From assembly GCA_016748015.1 (NCBI GenBank), contig JAAOMT010000467.1, positions 1-56,940 on the forward strand: a stretch of 56,940 nucleotides of DNA, read 5' to 3'. Numbering within the stretch: position 1 is the stretch's first letter; every line of letters begins with the position of its first letter. The DNA comes from Geosiphon pyriformis uo1. Taxonomy: Eukaryota > Fungi > Glomeromycota. A program made the translations under genes and the position numbers. Of this stretch, positions 36,001-50,679 are shown in pieces. Below the pieces are notes generated by a model, which saw only the letters and a list, made by a program, of their open reading frames with translations, was not told the origin of the DNA and searched no databases.

Positions 36001-36475
36001 ATGCGAATTCAGTTTTTGAAAAGGGAAGATGGGACAAAATTTTGGGTGTTATAGTGAAAATCGGGTTAATTGATTGTATAACTACTGATGATGAAGCTCG
36101 AGATTTTTTATCTATTGATTTCTTTAGTTTTGAACCTTGTTTTAGCAAGGCATACCAGGACATCTAATTTGACTCGAAACCGGCTTGTACCCTATAATGA
36201 CAAGACTAAGAAACGAAAAGTTGTAAATTGTAATAATTATTGATGCATTTGTTTAACTATTATTGTTAAATGTTTTGCTTTTTGATAAAGACTATTTTAA
36301 GTTTTGTTTTTGATTTTTTTGACCAAGTTTTAATTTTATGATAATTAAATTTATATAAAAAAATGTATCAATCAAAACCATATTGAAAAAAAAAACATTT
36401 TTTAGAAAGACCCCTTTTTTTATACTAAAATATTATTAATTTTGTTTTTAAACTTTCAATTTATGAATTAAAAGT

Positions 36476-36490
36476 ATTATTATAATTATA

Positions 36491-36522
<32 letters not shown>

Positions 36523-36571
36523 CATCATCACCCTCATCATCATCATCATTATCATCATCATCATCATTATT
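36476..36571 (+). repeat. (TTA)n(TCA)n compound microsatellite
   Basis: Direct reading. Confidence 0.9.
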
Positions 36572-38699
36572 GATAATTCGGATTTTTTAAAATATTTAAT
36601 ATAAATGATTTTTCATATCGAGAGAATATTACGGAAATGACCACATGCTAAAAGTATTTTATTGTTAAACTATATGATCAATCAAACGAATATGAATATT
36701 TAGTTGTAGTTTCATTTGATGAATAGATTTTCTCATGATGCATCTACAATATAATCTTGAAATGAAAACTTGAAATCTCTGTGGGAAGGCGAAAGATCTT
36801 TTAGCAAATTATTCATTTATTAATGAAAAAGCAAAAAAAAGATATATCAATAGAAATTAAATTCGAATTCCAGTTTTGGCTTTGATTAGGTCATAGGCAT
36901 GCGAAATGAGAGCAGAAAAGATTGAATTGTTCAATTTCGTATAAAGTCCTCAGAATTTTAAGATCAAGGCTATCCTATTGAGAGATATTTTGTTGCGTGC
37001 TCTTAAACATAATAGATAAACAAAAGAAAAGCTTTAGTAATTGCACATAATTATGTTTAAGTGACTTTGCTTTTCTTCGGACAAATAAACAATTTATTTT
37101 AAATAAAAAATATATAAATTAATCAAAAAAGTTTCTTTTAATTTAAATGAACAAAACTTTTTATTTTTATATCATTTGCAATTTTAAGAAGTGACTTTTG
37201 TAAATTGCCCTTGGATAAATATTTATCGCAGGTTTGTTGCCCTTATCGTGCTCCTCAGTTCCCTTACGATTCTTTAAACTGTACTCTTCCAAGACTCCTA
37301 TTTGTAGACTTATAATAAATCTCTCGAGCTCAACGATTCAAAATGGAATAAGGGAGATAATTAATATCAGCATCCATTGTGAGCTTTAATTCATTTAAAC
37401 CTTCTGATGGAATTTCTTCTTTTTTCGCTGTTGTTTCGATCATGTTCAAATATTTATTTTTAGAACGAGAGACGATAAATATTCCACATATCACATGTCA
37501 TTATAAACACATAATCGAGTGAATCCTTATCCCGTCATTAATTAATTAACAAATATAATTTGAAAAAGGTGTGTTCATAAATTTTATTGTCGCAACTTGT
37601 TTATTTCCAAAATATTCGATTTCGGCATCATATTTTATTAATTTCTTCATCTACCCATATAGATTTATAGATTTAAATTCTTTATATTTTGCTAACTGCT
37701 TCATTCCTTGAAATTTCCTTGTAAACTTCTAAAATGATGCTTTGAACGCTTTCTAGACTTGTCACAATTAGGAATTTATTAATAAATTCTTTTCTTTGGG
37801 AATTTATCCTTGTGACCATCCCCCTTCTTTCTATAAAGCAAATTGAAATAGATTTTATCGAATATAGTTTTAAATTCAATTTGAACTTTTGAAAGATAAA
37901 GTTTCTTTTTAAAAAATTTTATTCACAACTTGACCTTATATTTCTATGAGTAAAGGATTAATTTGACTATTTTCTCCTTAGCCTTAAAACTTCTTATAAA
38001 CAACTTTTTTTAATACTCTAACTATAGATGATATACTTAATTTTAGAACCTCTTGCTTTAATTTGATTTATGGTCCAATTAATTAAAATTGGCCAACTTA
38101 TCAAATAATCCGAAAGAAGCCGTGAATAGATTTTATAAATGATTGACATTTTTTCATTATTAAAATAAAAGCTTTATTATTATTATAAAAATTAGTTGAA
38201 TACAAAGTCATTTTAATCAGTTGCTTATAGGTATAAGTTTTTATAAAGGTCGAAGGATAATTAAAATCTCAAATTCGGAAATTTTTAAAATAGAATTGGT
38301 TTTGTACTACAATTAATTACTTGCGAACTAAAAATTATTTTTAAATTTCAATTGAAAATTTATATTAAGTTTAATCACTCTTTTAAAGACCCAAGTAGTT
38401 TAAAAAATTTGCTGAATTTTCAGAAAACTATTTAAATCCATTGAATAAATTAAAATAAGTTATTGTTTTTTCAAAAACCATATTTTCTTGAAATTCTATT
38501 TTTATTTAATAGGAATTTTAATTTAAAATTTAATTCAAATAATACATTTACTACGTTTATTTAATAAATAATTTTACTATTTTTTCATTGAATCTATTCA
38601 AAAGAAATATTAATTTGTTAATAATATTGATCTTCTTTCTTTGACCTTATTTTCGAAAAATAAAAAAAATAAAATAAAAAAAATTAATACCATATTTAT

Positions 38700-41100
38700 C
38701 AATAAAGTAATAAATATTTGGAAAAAATATTCTTGATTGAATTGTTCTTAAAAATATAAACAACATAATGTTTTACGATATTAAACCACCAAAATTAATA
38801 TATATTGTTATGGTTAAAACTTTTAGTTTTTAGTTATATTGATTATCCAATTATATTTATTCACATGTATTAGCTACCATATTTTTAGAATAAGTTATTA
38901 ATGTAATTTTTGACTTGATCAAAAACTTGATTATTGACTTAGTCATTAATTTGGACATTGATTTTATTATTGACCTAATTATTAACCAAATCATTGATGT
39001 AATTACTGACTTGATTATCGAGAATATATAAATAAGATTTCCTAAAGCTATAGAAATTCATTCCAAACTAGAATTATTTCCTTAGTTACAAGATTAATAA
39101 AATAATTTCAACTTACTTATGTTCATAATACTATTATTTTTCTTTTTTTTATTTGTATATTATTAGCTTTTATAAAGCATATTGAATAAATGTTTACTGA
39201 AAAGTACAAACAATATCTGCTATTGAATTATAAGAGTGCTAACATGATTCATATAATTATAGCAGCTGTGTTATTCTTTTGTTAACAGTATAAACTATCT
39301 TTCAACTTTTAGATTCTTTTATTACTTTTGGAAAGAATAATAACTGAGATATTTAAAAAACTGATCTTGTATATTAAATTCCTAAACTTTTTTTAGTTGA
39401 ATTTTCTTTTGATTTTTTTTTGTTATACAATATTTGTTTTACTTTGTTATCTATTAATGTGTTATTGTGATTTGTAATAATATATATATTATTATACTTT
39501 ACTGAATATAATTTAATCACTATTTATAAGTTACAGCATATATATATATTTAAACATAAATGTGAATATGCACTTTTTACACATAATTACTTGAATCAAT
39601 TAAAACTAGACCCATTACAATTTTTTAATTAAAAACTGAATTTGTTACATTAAGTTTTCTTAGTTTTTGTTATATTTTAAAGCAAAATTTAATACGTTTA
39701 TTAAAGCATATTGTATTATTTAACAGTTTACAAATGTGAACAAATAATATATAGCTTTAAAACAATATAATTTTATTATTATTTAATACACCAGAATTTT
39801 AATTTAGTTTTTATTAATAAATTAGCTTATAACCGGTTCAAGTCTTTCCACAATTATGCTATACAACTGGTTAAATCAGCCATTATTATAACCAAACTCT
39901 GAATTTGTATTTCAAAATAAGATAAGTCTTTTTTTTAAAAAAAATACCACAAGTGCGTGGCAAATTGATTAACAGTTTAAGCATATCAAATTAAATCAAA
40001 CAATTGGTTAAAATAATATGTTTTAAAATTAGAAGAAATAATTTATAGATTAAAAACAACTAATTGAAATTTTAACATTATAATAGTACTAAGAACCAAG
40101 AATTTTTACAAAATATGACTTTTAAAAAAATTCCAGTTTTAATAACAGCTAGCTTAAAAGCTTTCTGGTTTTTTGAACAATAATTTTTTTCTAATTTAAA
40201 ATAGGAATTTTAATAGTATTTATATAAAAATTAATTAATAAATCAGAGTTATATTAGCTGAAACTAAGTTTTTGAGATAAACCATAACATATTACCACAA
40301 ACCAGTTGTCTAAGTTGAGAACAAAGTTATTGTTTGCTTTCGAATTGAAATTTATTGTTAATATTAAGATGGGTGAAACAAGAGTGATAAAAAAGTTAAA
40401 ACTTCATTTTTTTAAAATCCAAGCTGGGTTCATAAATACTGGTTACAGAATCAAGATTTTCAAAAAATACAAAATTGCTGCTTTCTGGTAAATGAAAGAA
40501 GAAACAATTTTCAAGAATAACAAAGAAAATGGTTGTTATTTTCTTTAGTTATAATTGCAAAAATAATGGTTGTTTTTTTTTTGCTCTGATTGTGAATTTA
40601 AAAACAATTTAATTATTTATATAAATTATTAAAAATGCTGTTTAATTAAAAAATTGAAAAACTATTCTAAACATATTAAATTAACTTAAAAAATATAATT
40701 ATAAAACAAGTTATAATACAGCATTTAGCTAGATGCTTGTCAAAATAAAACCAAAAAATCTTTAAATTTGGTATAAATAATTGAAATTTAAAACACTCAT
40801 AGAATTCAAACAGTTTAAAATTGAACACTATATAATAATTAAATTAAATTTTTTTTTCAAAGAATTAGTTTAATTTTATTGATTTTAAATTTGAATTCAT
40901 TTAATTTTTTTAATTTTAAACTAAAATGTTATTTAAGATTAATTATTTAATTCCTGTCTGAAATTAAAAAATGAATTTGTTTAAAAATGGCTTAAAATAA
41001 AATAAAAAAAAAAATTAATTCAATATCTGTTAAAACATCTTAAAGTCTTAATGAATTATTTATGTACTGTTGGTTTTTGTTCAAATTAAAATAATAATAA
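38700..41100. repeat. AT-rich, CG-depleted tract of decayed repeat DNA
   Basis: No credible ORF; same compositional signature as 15900..22780. Includes a degenerate 12-nt-period array at ~38905..39020. Boundaries are approximate. Confidence 0.45.
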
Positions 41101-41749
41101 TAATGAGTATGCTTAAGAAATGATGTATAACAACAAAAGTTTTTAGTTCTATTCAATATTTCTTAACATTCCAAGTTTTGGGACAATTTTTATGAATCAC
41201 ATCAGTCATATTGTAAATTCGATTCTCCTTATTATATCCATTTTATTATTATTGTTGAAGAATATCCAACTTCTTTAAGACGAGTAGGAACTTTAGCAGT
41301 AGCTATTAATTTTTCGATTTATACAATTAAACCTGTGATTTTGGTGTAGTAAATATTTCCGAACTTCATTACATCAACCCACTATTAATCTAAAATTCTA
41401 TCAGCTCACACTTGAAGGGGGGAACGGTTTAAGAATATTTTCAGACTCATGAAAACAATTAGAATTTTAAAATCTCAGATTTTTCCTAGAAAGCAATAGT
41501 TTTTCCCTGATTTTCAACTGTCAACCATGTGGCAAATTTGCTTATTGATGTAAATTTTTAACGGTTTGTTTGGGTAAATAAGCATTTTCAATTAATTTTT
41601 AACAAACATACCCTGCAGTAACTTTAATGTTTTCCCGTAAGGTTAGCCTTTTCGAATCTAATGGTTAAATTATTTCACGCTCGATCCCAGTCATAACTTC
41701 AGGGTATGAATTATTATCTGTGAAGAAAATCTTTGAGTTCGTCAAAAGT

Positions 41750-42420
41750 AAATTTGTTTCCGAACAATATGTTTACAGCTCTCTATTCTTTTTATCTCCA
41801 AATAAAGGACTATTTTCCAGGATACAAAATGTCGTTATCTTTTACTATCAAATAGATTTACAAAACTGAGTAAATTCTTTGCAAGAGAAAAGTAACTTTA
41901 TAAGGGTTTGAAGATTCCTGATTTCATAATAAACATGACGAAAGCCTCAAAATTTCAGAGAAACACGATTTTTACGTTCAAAATTTTTTCTGATCGAATC
42001 TTTGCTAATCGTCAAGTAAAGTCATATGAAAATTCAAAAATTAGGATGCCATTCCCCATTCCCGAATATATTTAAAGTCGATTTCAAACATCCAATTATG
42101 AGTTAAGATTCTTCCAAACATGTGTTCATTTTGAGCATTTTTACAGGTTTGATGGAGTAAAAAAACTGTATTTCTCATCTTGATCGATACACCTTTTCTG
42201 TTTTAATTATGAGAAAATTTGATTATGATAAATTTTCATATACTCAATAATCGACAAAGTGAATGTTATCATCTTGACCTATTCTTTTTCATCGTATTTT
42301 CATTTTTGCGTTTGATTGTCTTGATATATTTTTCTTGGGGTTGGAGACAGTTTCTAATGATAATACTTTCATCGATAAGAAAAAAACAGATAAGCTATTT
42401 GGAGCACATGTAAAATATTC
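41750..42420 (-). pseudogene. Possible further decayed lipase-3-like gene fragment
   Basis: The - strand reads GFRHVYYEI (cf. GFRHHGTEF) near 41930 in coding-like sequence full of stops. Support is one motif only. Confidence 0.3.
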
Positions 42421-45400
42421 AAAACAACGATAGTCCATTAAAAAACGATTTTTTTCTTTGAAGGTATTAAATAAGGGGCTTTTACCTTTTTTTTCTTCAC
42501 CAAGTATTCTTTCTTTTTCTATACACTTTTTAAATAATTTTTAATAGCCCTTAATAGTTGAAAGGTTCGTCAAAAGATTCGCCAGCCGTTTCGGCTGAGG
42601 TGAGAGAGATGTGGGATGACATGAGGAGTTGATATTAACTTGACGAATCTTCAACGGACACTACAAAACATTTCCTTCAAACGTCTTTTATGCTTTTATT
42701 TTTCTTTGTTGAACAAGGACAAAAACTTTTCACAGAGCAAAATTTTTTCCCAATACTTGATTTCTAAAATCACACATAAAATGATGAACTAAACCTTAAA
42801 TGATCATTTTTAATTTTTTTCTAAAATTCTTTTGGAAGGAACAATATAAATAAACCAACGTAAATTTTGCGATACCTTTTACTTTTGACTACTTTGGTTC
42901 AACCAATTTATCAGATAGTAATTTGATTAACTCATTTTCATCACCTAACTTTCCTTTGTATATTTTTATTCAGAGAACTTATACTTATAAATATAAATCC
43001 CATGCTATATAGAAAATTTCTTGATTTTAATTACACTCTAAGCTCATTAGGAGTATTATCATTAATTTTCCACTTTTTAATCCCAAAAAGTAACCAAGTT
43101 CTCAGGAAGCTTTTTAAACAATGACGACGAATTTAATTACAAAGAAGATTGAAGAATCTGTCAATACATTCTAAACTAAACAACATGAACTTCTTGAAGA
43201 ATATCTTCATCTCAAAAGACATCGCTGTCGGTATGTATCTATTAATGGTTCGAACCCTTAGTTATTAATAGATTGATCTATCTTTTATTTGATAAATGGG
43301 GTGATCCACCTATTTTATCAATTTAATCAATTAGGTGATGGATTAAAAATAAAAAATAATAATATATTGAATTTTTATTAGATTCTTGGGATTTCAAAGT
43401 CGTATAGTTCCTTCCTTAGGAATAAGTATACATAACATCAATTTTTTGATTGGTTGGTTGCTCTGATATGTATTTCAGGAAATTCAATTACAAAAATCAA
43501 AATTAAATTCAATTGATTTCCTCTGGTGGTGTTGAAAGGCAAAGGTTACCCATGGGTTCTCAGAGTTTTTTGAAGAGCTCACCCAAAATATGGTTGCATT
43601 AAGTTGCTAACCTTCACGTCTAAACCCATTTTTTGGTAACTATTTTAAGTTAATTTTCAAACATCTTTAGGCATATATTCCCAACATCTCTAAAGATATT
43701 ACCTAATCACTTAATGGGAAAAAAATATAGAATCGGGTTTCATATAACTATTTTCAACTTGGCATGATAACGATATCGACCAGTTGTCGTTTTTTAATAT
43801 TGCTCAAGAGGTAATTGTAATAATCAATAATAATATTTTTATTTTATATTGACTTGAGTTAATCTTCAACTTCTTGAATCAATTTTAGCAATAATTTTCA
43901 TGCACTTGGCGGCGTTCGTAAAAGAGCTCTATCAAAAAACCACATGGAGATAGGCAAAGGTACTGTTTCATCGGGTTATAGAGTCAAAGTCTACATAGTA
44001 GTAGTAAGTTGTTTGACCGATATGAGAAATTTTACAGATGCAAAATCTAAAAACTTCCAAATTCTCATGTAGTATGAACGGTCGCTCCTTAAAAATACTA
44101 GATCAAACATGTGAACATGCACAACTAAAAATCGCTTTGGTCGATATATGTGGCTTTGCACTTACAACATTCAATTCCACCCAACATTTTTCCCATTTTG
44201 TTGTTTATTGACTATACTATATCCTTGAAAAGTTGAGGCATGCCCTTTAAAACTTGGTTGGTTGCATAGTCTAAACAATTCTCATCACAATTATCAGACC
44301 CTATCAATGTATATAATTTGTATAGATGTTTTTAAAAATTTATTTTTTTCAGTAAACTTCACTTAATGCATCTAGATTAAATCGCACGTTATTCCCTCCC
44401 TTCCCCCACCCATTTTTTTTTCTTTTCTTTTCTTTATTAATTTCAATTAATTCCTTTCTGTTCTGTCTTTGTTCATTCAGTTTTCACCTAATCTTTCGTT
44501 CTGTTCGTGAATTTTTGATTTTCTTTTAATATCTCATACTTCTCCAAGGGTTTCGTCCGAGTTTCCAAGCGTTTTTTCTTAAATTCACCTATTTTTTTTG
44601 AACCATTTTTGTGACTAGTCGTGAATATTTACCCTTTAAAGGTTTTCGAGAAAAGTTTTTTTACGACTTGTTAATCGTTGCATCATTCGTATCGTTCATA
44701 AATATGCAATCCCTTTCCTTTTTAAAGTTGCAAGCTTACATCTAGATTATACACACATATACTTCATAAGCACGTATTCTAAGATAACAACACTTTTATA
44801 ACGTTCTCTTTTTCTGCGCAAAGACTTAATATCTAAACGTTTTAATTCCTTCTGAGACCCAAACAGATTTGCACATTTTCTTTTCCTTCGCTCAAACACA
44901 TTCCATTACCTATTTATTCTAAAAAAAATTTATTTTAAAACACTAAAAGGTTCAAAGAGGCATAAAAAAACTTTTTCATTCATTTTATTTTTTCGACACT
45001 TATCCACCCAATCACTTCATTGCCTTTTCTTAATCTTTTGAAAAAACATGGAACATAATAGTTTCATATTGGAATGTACTATAAGCAAAGAATGATGTGT
45101 AATTTTCGATTTAATGTTTGAGTTTTCCTTGACGATTTTTCCTAGAATAAGCTTTTACTGTTCGTCTTCGTATGAATTAGTTTACATAATCTTTGTTTCC
45201 GCTCCTACTTTTTATAATACCACTATTTAACTGGGTTTTGTTAATTTTTCAAAAGAAATCAATATTTGATAACTGCAAATTTTTTATAATGGCTTGATGA
45301 ATCTGTGGCTAGTTAAAGCTACCTGCAAAATGTCAATCTCTTTTTACGTAATTATAAGAAATTGAAAAAGGTTTAAAAGCTTTATTATCTTTAGGATGAG

Positions 45401-47984
45401 AAATTTTAGCTTATTCCTTATCTTCAAAAGGTTTTTTTTGTTAAAATATTTAATTTAGTAATAACTTTAGGAAAAGGAAATTGGTGTACAACAATCTGAT
45501 GCGCTCTTGACCAACTTCCTTCAACTGCTGAATCATCTTTATGTTGTAGCTTTCTTGTCGCATTTTATAAAACCATGGTGAGCAGTAAATTTTAAATAAG
45601 AGAAATTTTCTTTTAATCAAAAACATTTTTTTTTTACTTTAAATTTCTTCTAATTAAAATTCGAGGCATTATTTCAAAATTTGATTAGCAATTTTTAAGT
45701 GAGAATAAACCTATGGCAGAAAATAAGAAAGCCAATTTAAGGTAAGTATAACAAGGAAATATGGTAAAATTACTTGACTCCATTATTTACTTTATTAGGA
45801 ATTTTTTCGAAATCTTGTATAAGTTTAAACAAGATACTAAATTTATTCACTGGTTTTTTTTCATTACGTCAAATTTTTTTTAAAAGATTTCTTTGTGTTT
45901 TTTTATTTATTTATTACTGTTTTTACTTGGATCTAAAGATCAAATTTTAAATTTTAATTCTTTTACAACAATACATATCGAAAACTATTTTTAGATCTCT
46001 TGAATTAATTCTGACTATAAATAAAAATGATAAAATTTCATTAAAAATTGTAACTTTTAATTACTTGTATAAATCAATTAAAATCAATTTTTTCAAAAAT
46101 ATATATCAAAATATTACATTTTAATTAAATTAGATTTTAAGGTATTTTTTATATTAATTTTATAAATAATAAAACAAAATTTTTAGAAATCAAAATTAAA
46201 AATTTTTGTTTTTATAAAAAAGAATTAATATTAATAAATAATATCAAAATGAAAAAATAATTTGTAAATGTTATAAATATTTTTAAAATATTTAAATTTT
46301 TAATTAATAATATTTAACATCATTAAAATATTTTAATTTTTAATTCATAATATTAACATCAAAAAAAAATTTAATAAATAGTTGTTTTTATATTTTAAAA
46401 AAAAATTAGTGGATTTATATATAAAATTACAGTAGATATACAAATTATGATTGAAATGAATACTTATATGATTATTATTATTATTATTATTATTATTTAT
46501 TGCACATTTATTTTTGACATATCATTTAAAACCATATAGAAAAGTTATTAAATCATTTGTTTTTATGTATTAATTTATTCATATTCAATTTTTGAATTTA
46601 TTTTTTTAGTTTTCTTGGATAAATTTCAATAAAAACACAAAAATTAAGATAAACACTTTTCAAAAACTGTTTTATGATTCAAATTAAGCGTAATAGAGAC
46701 ACTTTCAACACCTTTCGAATAAGATGAGATCATGATTAAACTATGTCCAGATAGGCATCGAAAGAAAGATTTTGTAATGGTAATAGAATTTTCCCTGACG
46801 ATTCTATTAACCAAATTTAATATCATAAAGAATTGCTTTAATCATTTTGCAGATCAAAAACATTTATTACACATGTGTTCAGTCAGGGAAAAAATCATCA
46901 ACCAACATTATCAAAAAAACAAACTAATCTTTTGCCATACATGCAGAGCCTTCAAAACAAACAGACAAACAGTCAGACAAATAAACAAAGCACACATTTA
47001 TACATAAATCTCTAAAAAAAATTGATATATTTGGTAATCGTAAAAAGTTGAAGAAATCGACTATAGAAAAATTTTATCCAAATTTTCTCGGTAGTTCTTA
47101 GAAATAAATTATCGAAAGACTGATTTCAAAATTTTTATGAGATTAATTTGTTTTCATAATTTCTTGGGATTAATTGGTCTATATTGTTATCAGATGCACA
47201 AGTTTTCTATCATATTTGAATTTTAAATCAAAAAAGTGATTTAAGAAACTTAATTTTTCCTTCGATAATTTTTTTAAGGTTATACTTTTGAATGAGATAG
47301 AAAAATTGAATATTGAAATAATTTTTCTTATCATTAGATATCGGTTTCTAAATTGAGTTGTTTAGTTAATGCTTTCAATGATAATTAAAATCTCTGCTGC
47401 CAAGCAAAAACTTTTTTTGATCATTAGACTAGGCATGCGTTCATCAAACGTCGATTTGAAAAAATCGTTAATCAAAGGGAAAATATGATAATTAATGAAT
47501 GATTGAAATGTTTAATCAAATAAAAAACTTTATAATCATTTCTAGTGCATTTTTATAATAAGTTGCGATTGATTTTTTTATACTTTTCTAAAAAAGGAAA
47601 ATCTTAAGAATATAGAAACAAGAAAAAAGGAAATCAAAAAACCCTGTACCCGTTCATCTTTAGACTAAAAGCTTTAAATTTTTGTTACTCAAAACTTGAA
47701 GAAGAAAAATTTTGAAACTTGAAAAAGATTGAAAATCCTTAACGTTAATTTTTTTTTCTTAAAATCGGACTAAATATGTTCACTTTAATCAAATTAAGAA
47801 AATAGTCGGTTTAATATTGTAATAGGATAGTTTTGAAAGATAGAAAATTAAATTTCGGTAAATAATCTACCGAAAATAAGCTCAAGGGTATTTAATTATT
47901 GATCATTAAAATTCTCCTGATATGAGCTTATCAAATAAAAGATTATTCATTCAAATATTCAAATTAATTAAATTCCTATATTTC

Positions 47985-48007
47985 ATTACTATTATTACTA
48001 TTATCAC

Positions 48008-48050
<43 letters not shown>
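47985..48050 (+). repeat. (TTA)n microsatellite
   Basis: Direct reading. Confidence 0.9.
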
Positions 48051-48052
<2 letters not shown>

Positions 48053-49226
48053 AGAGTAAAATATATTTTAAAATAAAATCGCTTAGAAATGAGAATTAAA
48101 TTTAGCATTGCTTTTTATGGGTTTCAGATTTGCCAAAAAACCTTTCAAAAGTTTAATTTAAAAGAAATTTTTCAGGAAATAATCAAGTCTTTTTAGATCT
48201 AGATTGTGACAGTTTACACACAAATTTATTATTAACTTATTTTAGTTTTTTTCTTTTAGAAAATTACTGTTTGATTCATTCAAAACGTTTGCCGATAAAA
48301 GATAAGAAAATTTCAAATTTGGAATATTTAATAGATAACAAAACTCCAAATAATTAAAAAATGCCCCACTGGGGTATCTATTGCACCAAAAGAGTTAATT
48401 AACAATAAACTAATTAGCCTATTGTATCATAGTATCTAAACCTCAACTTTCATAAGAAAAACTTTAGAGAAGCCCTCATAGAACACAATAATAGCTCAAT
48501 TCGTGCAAAAATTGCTTTTATTTGATTTAAAAAATAAAACTGATCATCCACAAACAATCTAAAAAAATGAGATAATTAAATTTAATAACCCTTAAAAATG
48601 AAAAGATTTAATAAAATAAAATAAATAATAAATTGAATCTAGCCAAATTTAAAAATATTTGATAAGTATAGCTTTATCATCAATTCTAAAAAATTCTCCT
48701 AAAAATGTACTTGGATTTAATTGAGATAGCCTGGTTGTCCACACAAGATCAACTAAATTTACATGGTAAATCTATGTAGCCAATTCTTTGAAATTAATTT
48801 TGTTCAAACAACTCATACAAGTTAATAAACTTTTTTCCGATCGCACCTTCCAACCGATACTTGGTTTCAAAATATAGACTAAAAATATGCTTCTTTTTTT
48901 GGGGCTATAAACACGATAATTTTTTAATTGAGAAAACTTTACGAAATAAACTTAGTCAGGATACACCTAATAAAGGTTACCGAGATATTTGAGTTCGATC
49001 TTAATTTTAAATCCTAATTCTCATGCTGTGGAGCCATAATATCCCACACCTTTCAAGAGAAAAACTTTATCACATTGTCAAGAACATGGAGTAGATTTGC
49101 AATTATAATCATCAAAAAAATTTTCCATTAAAAGACCCCCTTCGGGCAGCTCCCCATTTTCTTTTCAAGTTCAAATTTTCTTTTAAATTTTGGGCTTCTC
49201 TGATTGATTACTTTCACACCACAAAA

Positions 49227-49924
49227 ATGATTTCGAGTAATAAAATTCTCCTCTTTGTAATTATCTTGGTCGTTTCAGCTGTCCACATGGCAGCAGGCAT
49301 TTCAATGAATGTTTTGATGTCCCTGTGTAATGCCGAGCGAAGAAAAGTTGGGGCTCACGCTCTTCGAATGGATAGGTAAGACCAGTTTCTCGTCTTGATG
49401 CCACAGTGATGGACTTGAAATCAAAAGGAGTTTCTAAACGTTTTCTTTTTTCTTCACATTTAGTCGTCTCTCACAAGCAGCAACATTACACACAGATTAT
49501 CAAGCGAGGATTAGAACCATGACCCATTCCGATCCGTCTGGTTCTCTCGGAGATCGTATTAGAAGCGAAGGGTTTAACTTTGGTTTTGCCGGTGAAAACG
49601 TTGCTTGGGGTTTTTACTCCGAATCCGCTGTTATGAGGGCGTAAGTATACGTAAAAATAATATCAATTTTTGCTCAAGATTCAAGGTTTTTGATTTCGTT
49701 TCGTTTTACCAAATCTTTTTTTACCATCAAAAATTAGGTGGATGAACTCACCAGGCCATCGTCAAAATATTCTCGAACCCGGATTTTTTTACTTCGGCGG
49801 AGGGTTTGAGCAAGGGTACTGGACGCAAGTATTTGGTGCCCTTCTAAGACGAAAAAGACGTTCTCTTCCATTTACTTTGTCTAAGCGTAATGCAAATAAG
49901 AAAGTTTTTGTTAAAGGCCAATAG
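49227..49924 (+). CDS. Secreted CAP (SCP/TAPS/PR-1 superfamily) protein, YkwD/bacterial-type motifs, 3 exons (49227..49375, 49464..49640, 49738..49924), 170 aa
   Basis: Signal peptide MISSNKILLFVIILVVSAVHMAAG; NAERRKVG..L..DSRLSQAATLH; MTHS; GENVAWG; VMRAWMNSPGHRQNIL; YWTQVFG. Two in-phase GT-AG introns. Mostly missed by the ORF track. Confidence 0.9.
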
Positions 49925-50679
49925 GGATGAGAAAAAGATCCGGGCCAGAAATTTTATAGTTGTAATATTTTTTGTAAAAACCAGAACGCTTTTTAAAATC
50001 GGGTTGTAATTTATTTTTAGCTTCCTAACTTAGAAACCCGTCAAGACAGGCATAGAAAATATGAGAAGCGAACGAGCGTAAAAAATTTGTATTTTATAGA
50101 GTTATCAAAAAATAATTTTTAATTTTCGATGATTTGCGTATGATATTAATAATATATTATAAAAGAATAAGTCTATTTTCGTTACTTAAAAGTTTAAATT
50201 CGTAACAGTTTTTTGTTTTTGAATTTAATTGAATTGCTGGTTAAAAAAATTATAAAGTATTTTAAAGAAAAATAAGGATATTAAAACAGTTCAAGCATTT
50301 TTGAAGAACAAGAAATAAAATATAATAATTTTTGAAATTTCACATATTTAAGATTTATTTTGAAGCCATTTTAAACAGTAAACTGAACTTAAAAACAAAC
50401 TTTTTATTTCACTTAAGCCCTATTAGTTAAAATGATAATAGAGATTTGTTATAATAATATTATTTGAAAGCATTTTATAACGTTTGAAAAATATTTAATT
50501 TAAAATAAGAGGCAAAAAAATAAAAAATTATAAAAACTTTGAGATTAAGTGAAAAATATTACAAAGTATTAAAAATAAAATTTTTAGACATATTAACTTA
50601 AAATTGGTAACAAAATGAATAAAAAAAATATTATTTTTGAAAAAACTTTTATCAATATATCTTTTTATTATTTACAATA

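Noticed and set aside
37190-37445. Short - strand ORF MIETTAKKEEIPSEG
   Set aside because: It stops after ~37 codons and has no recognisable motif.
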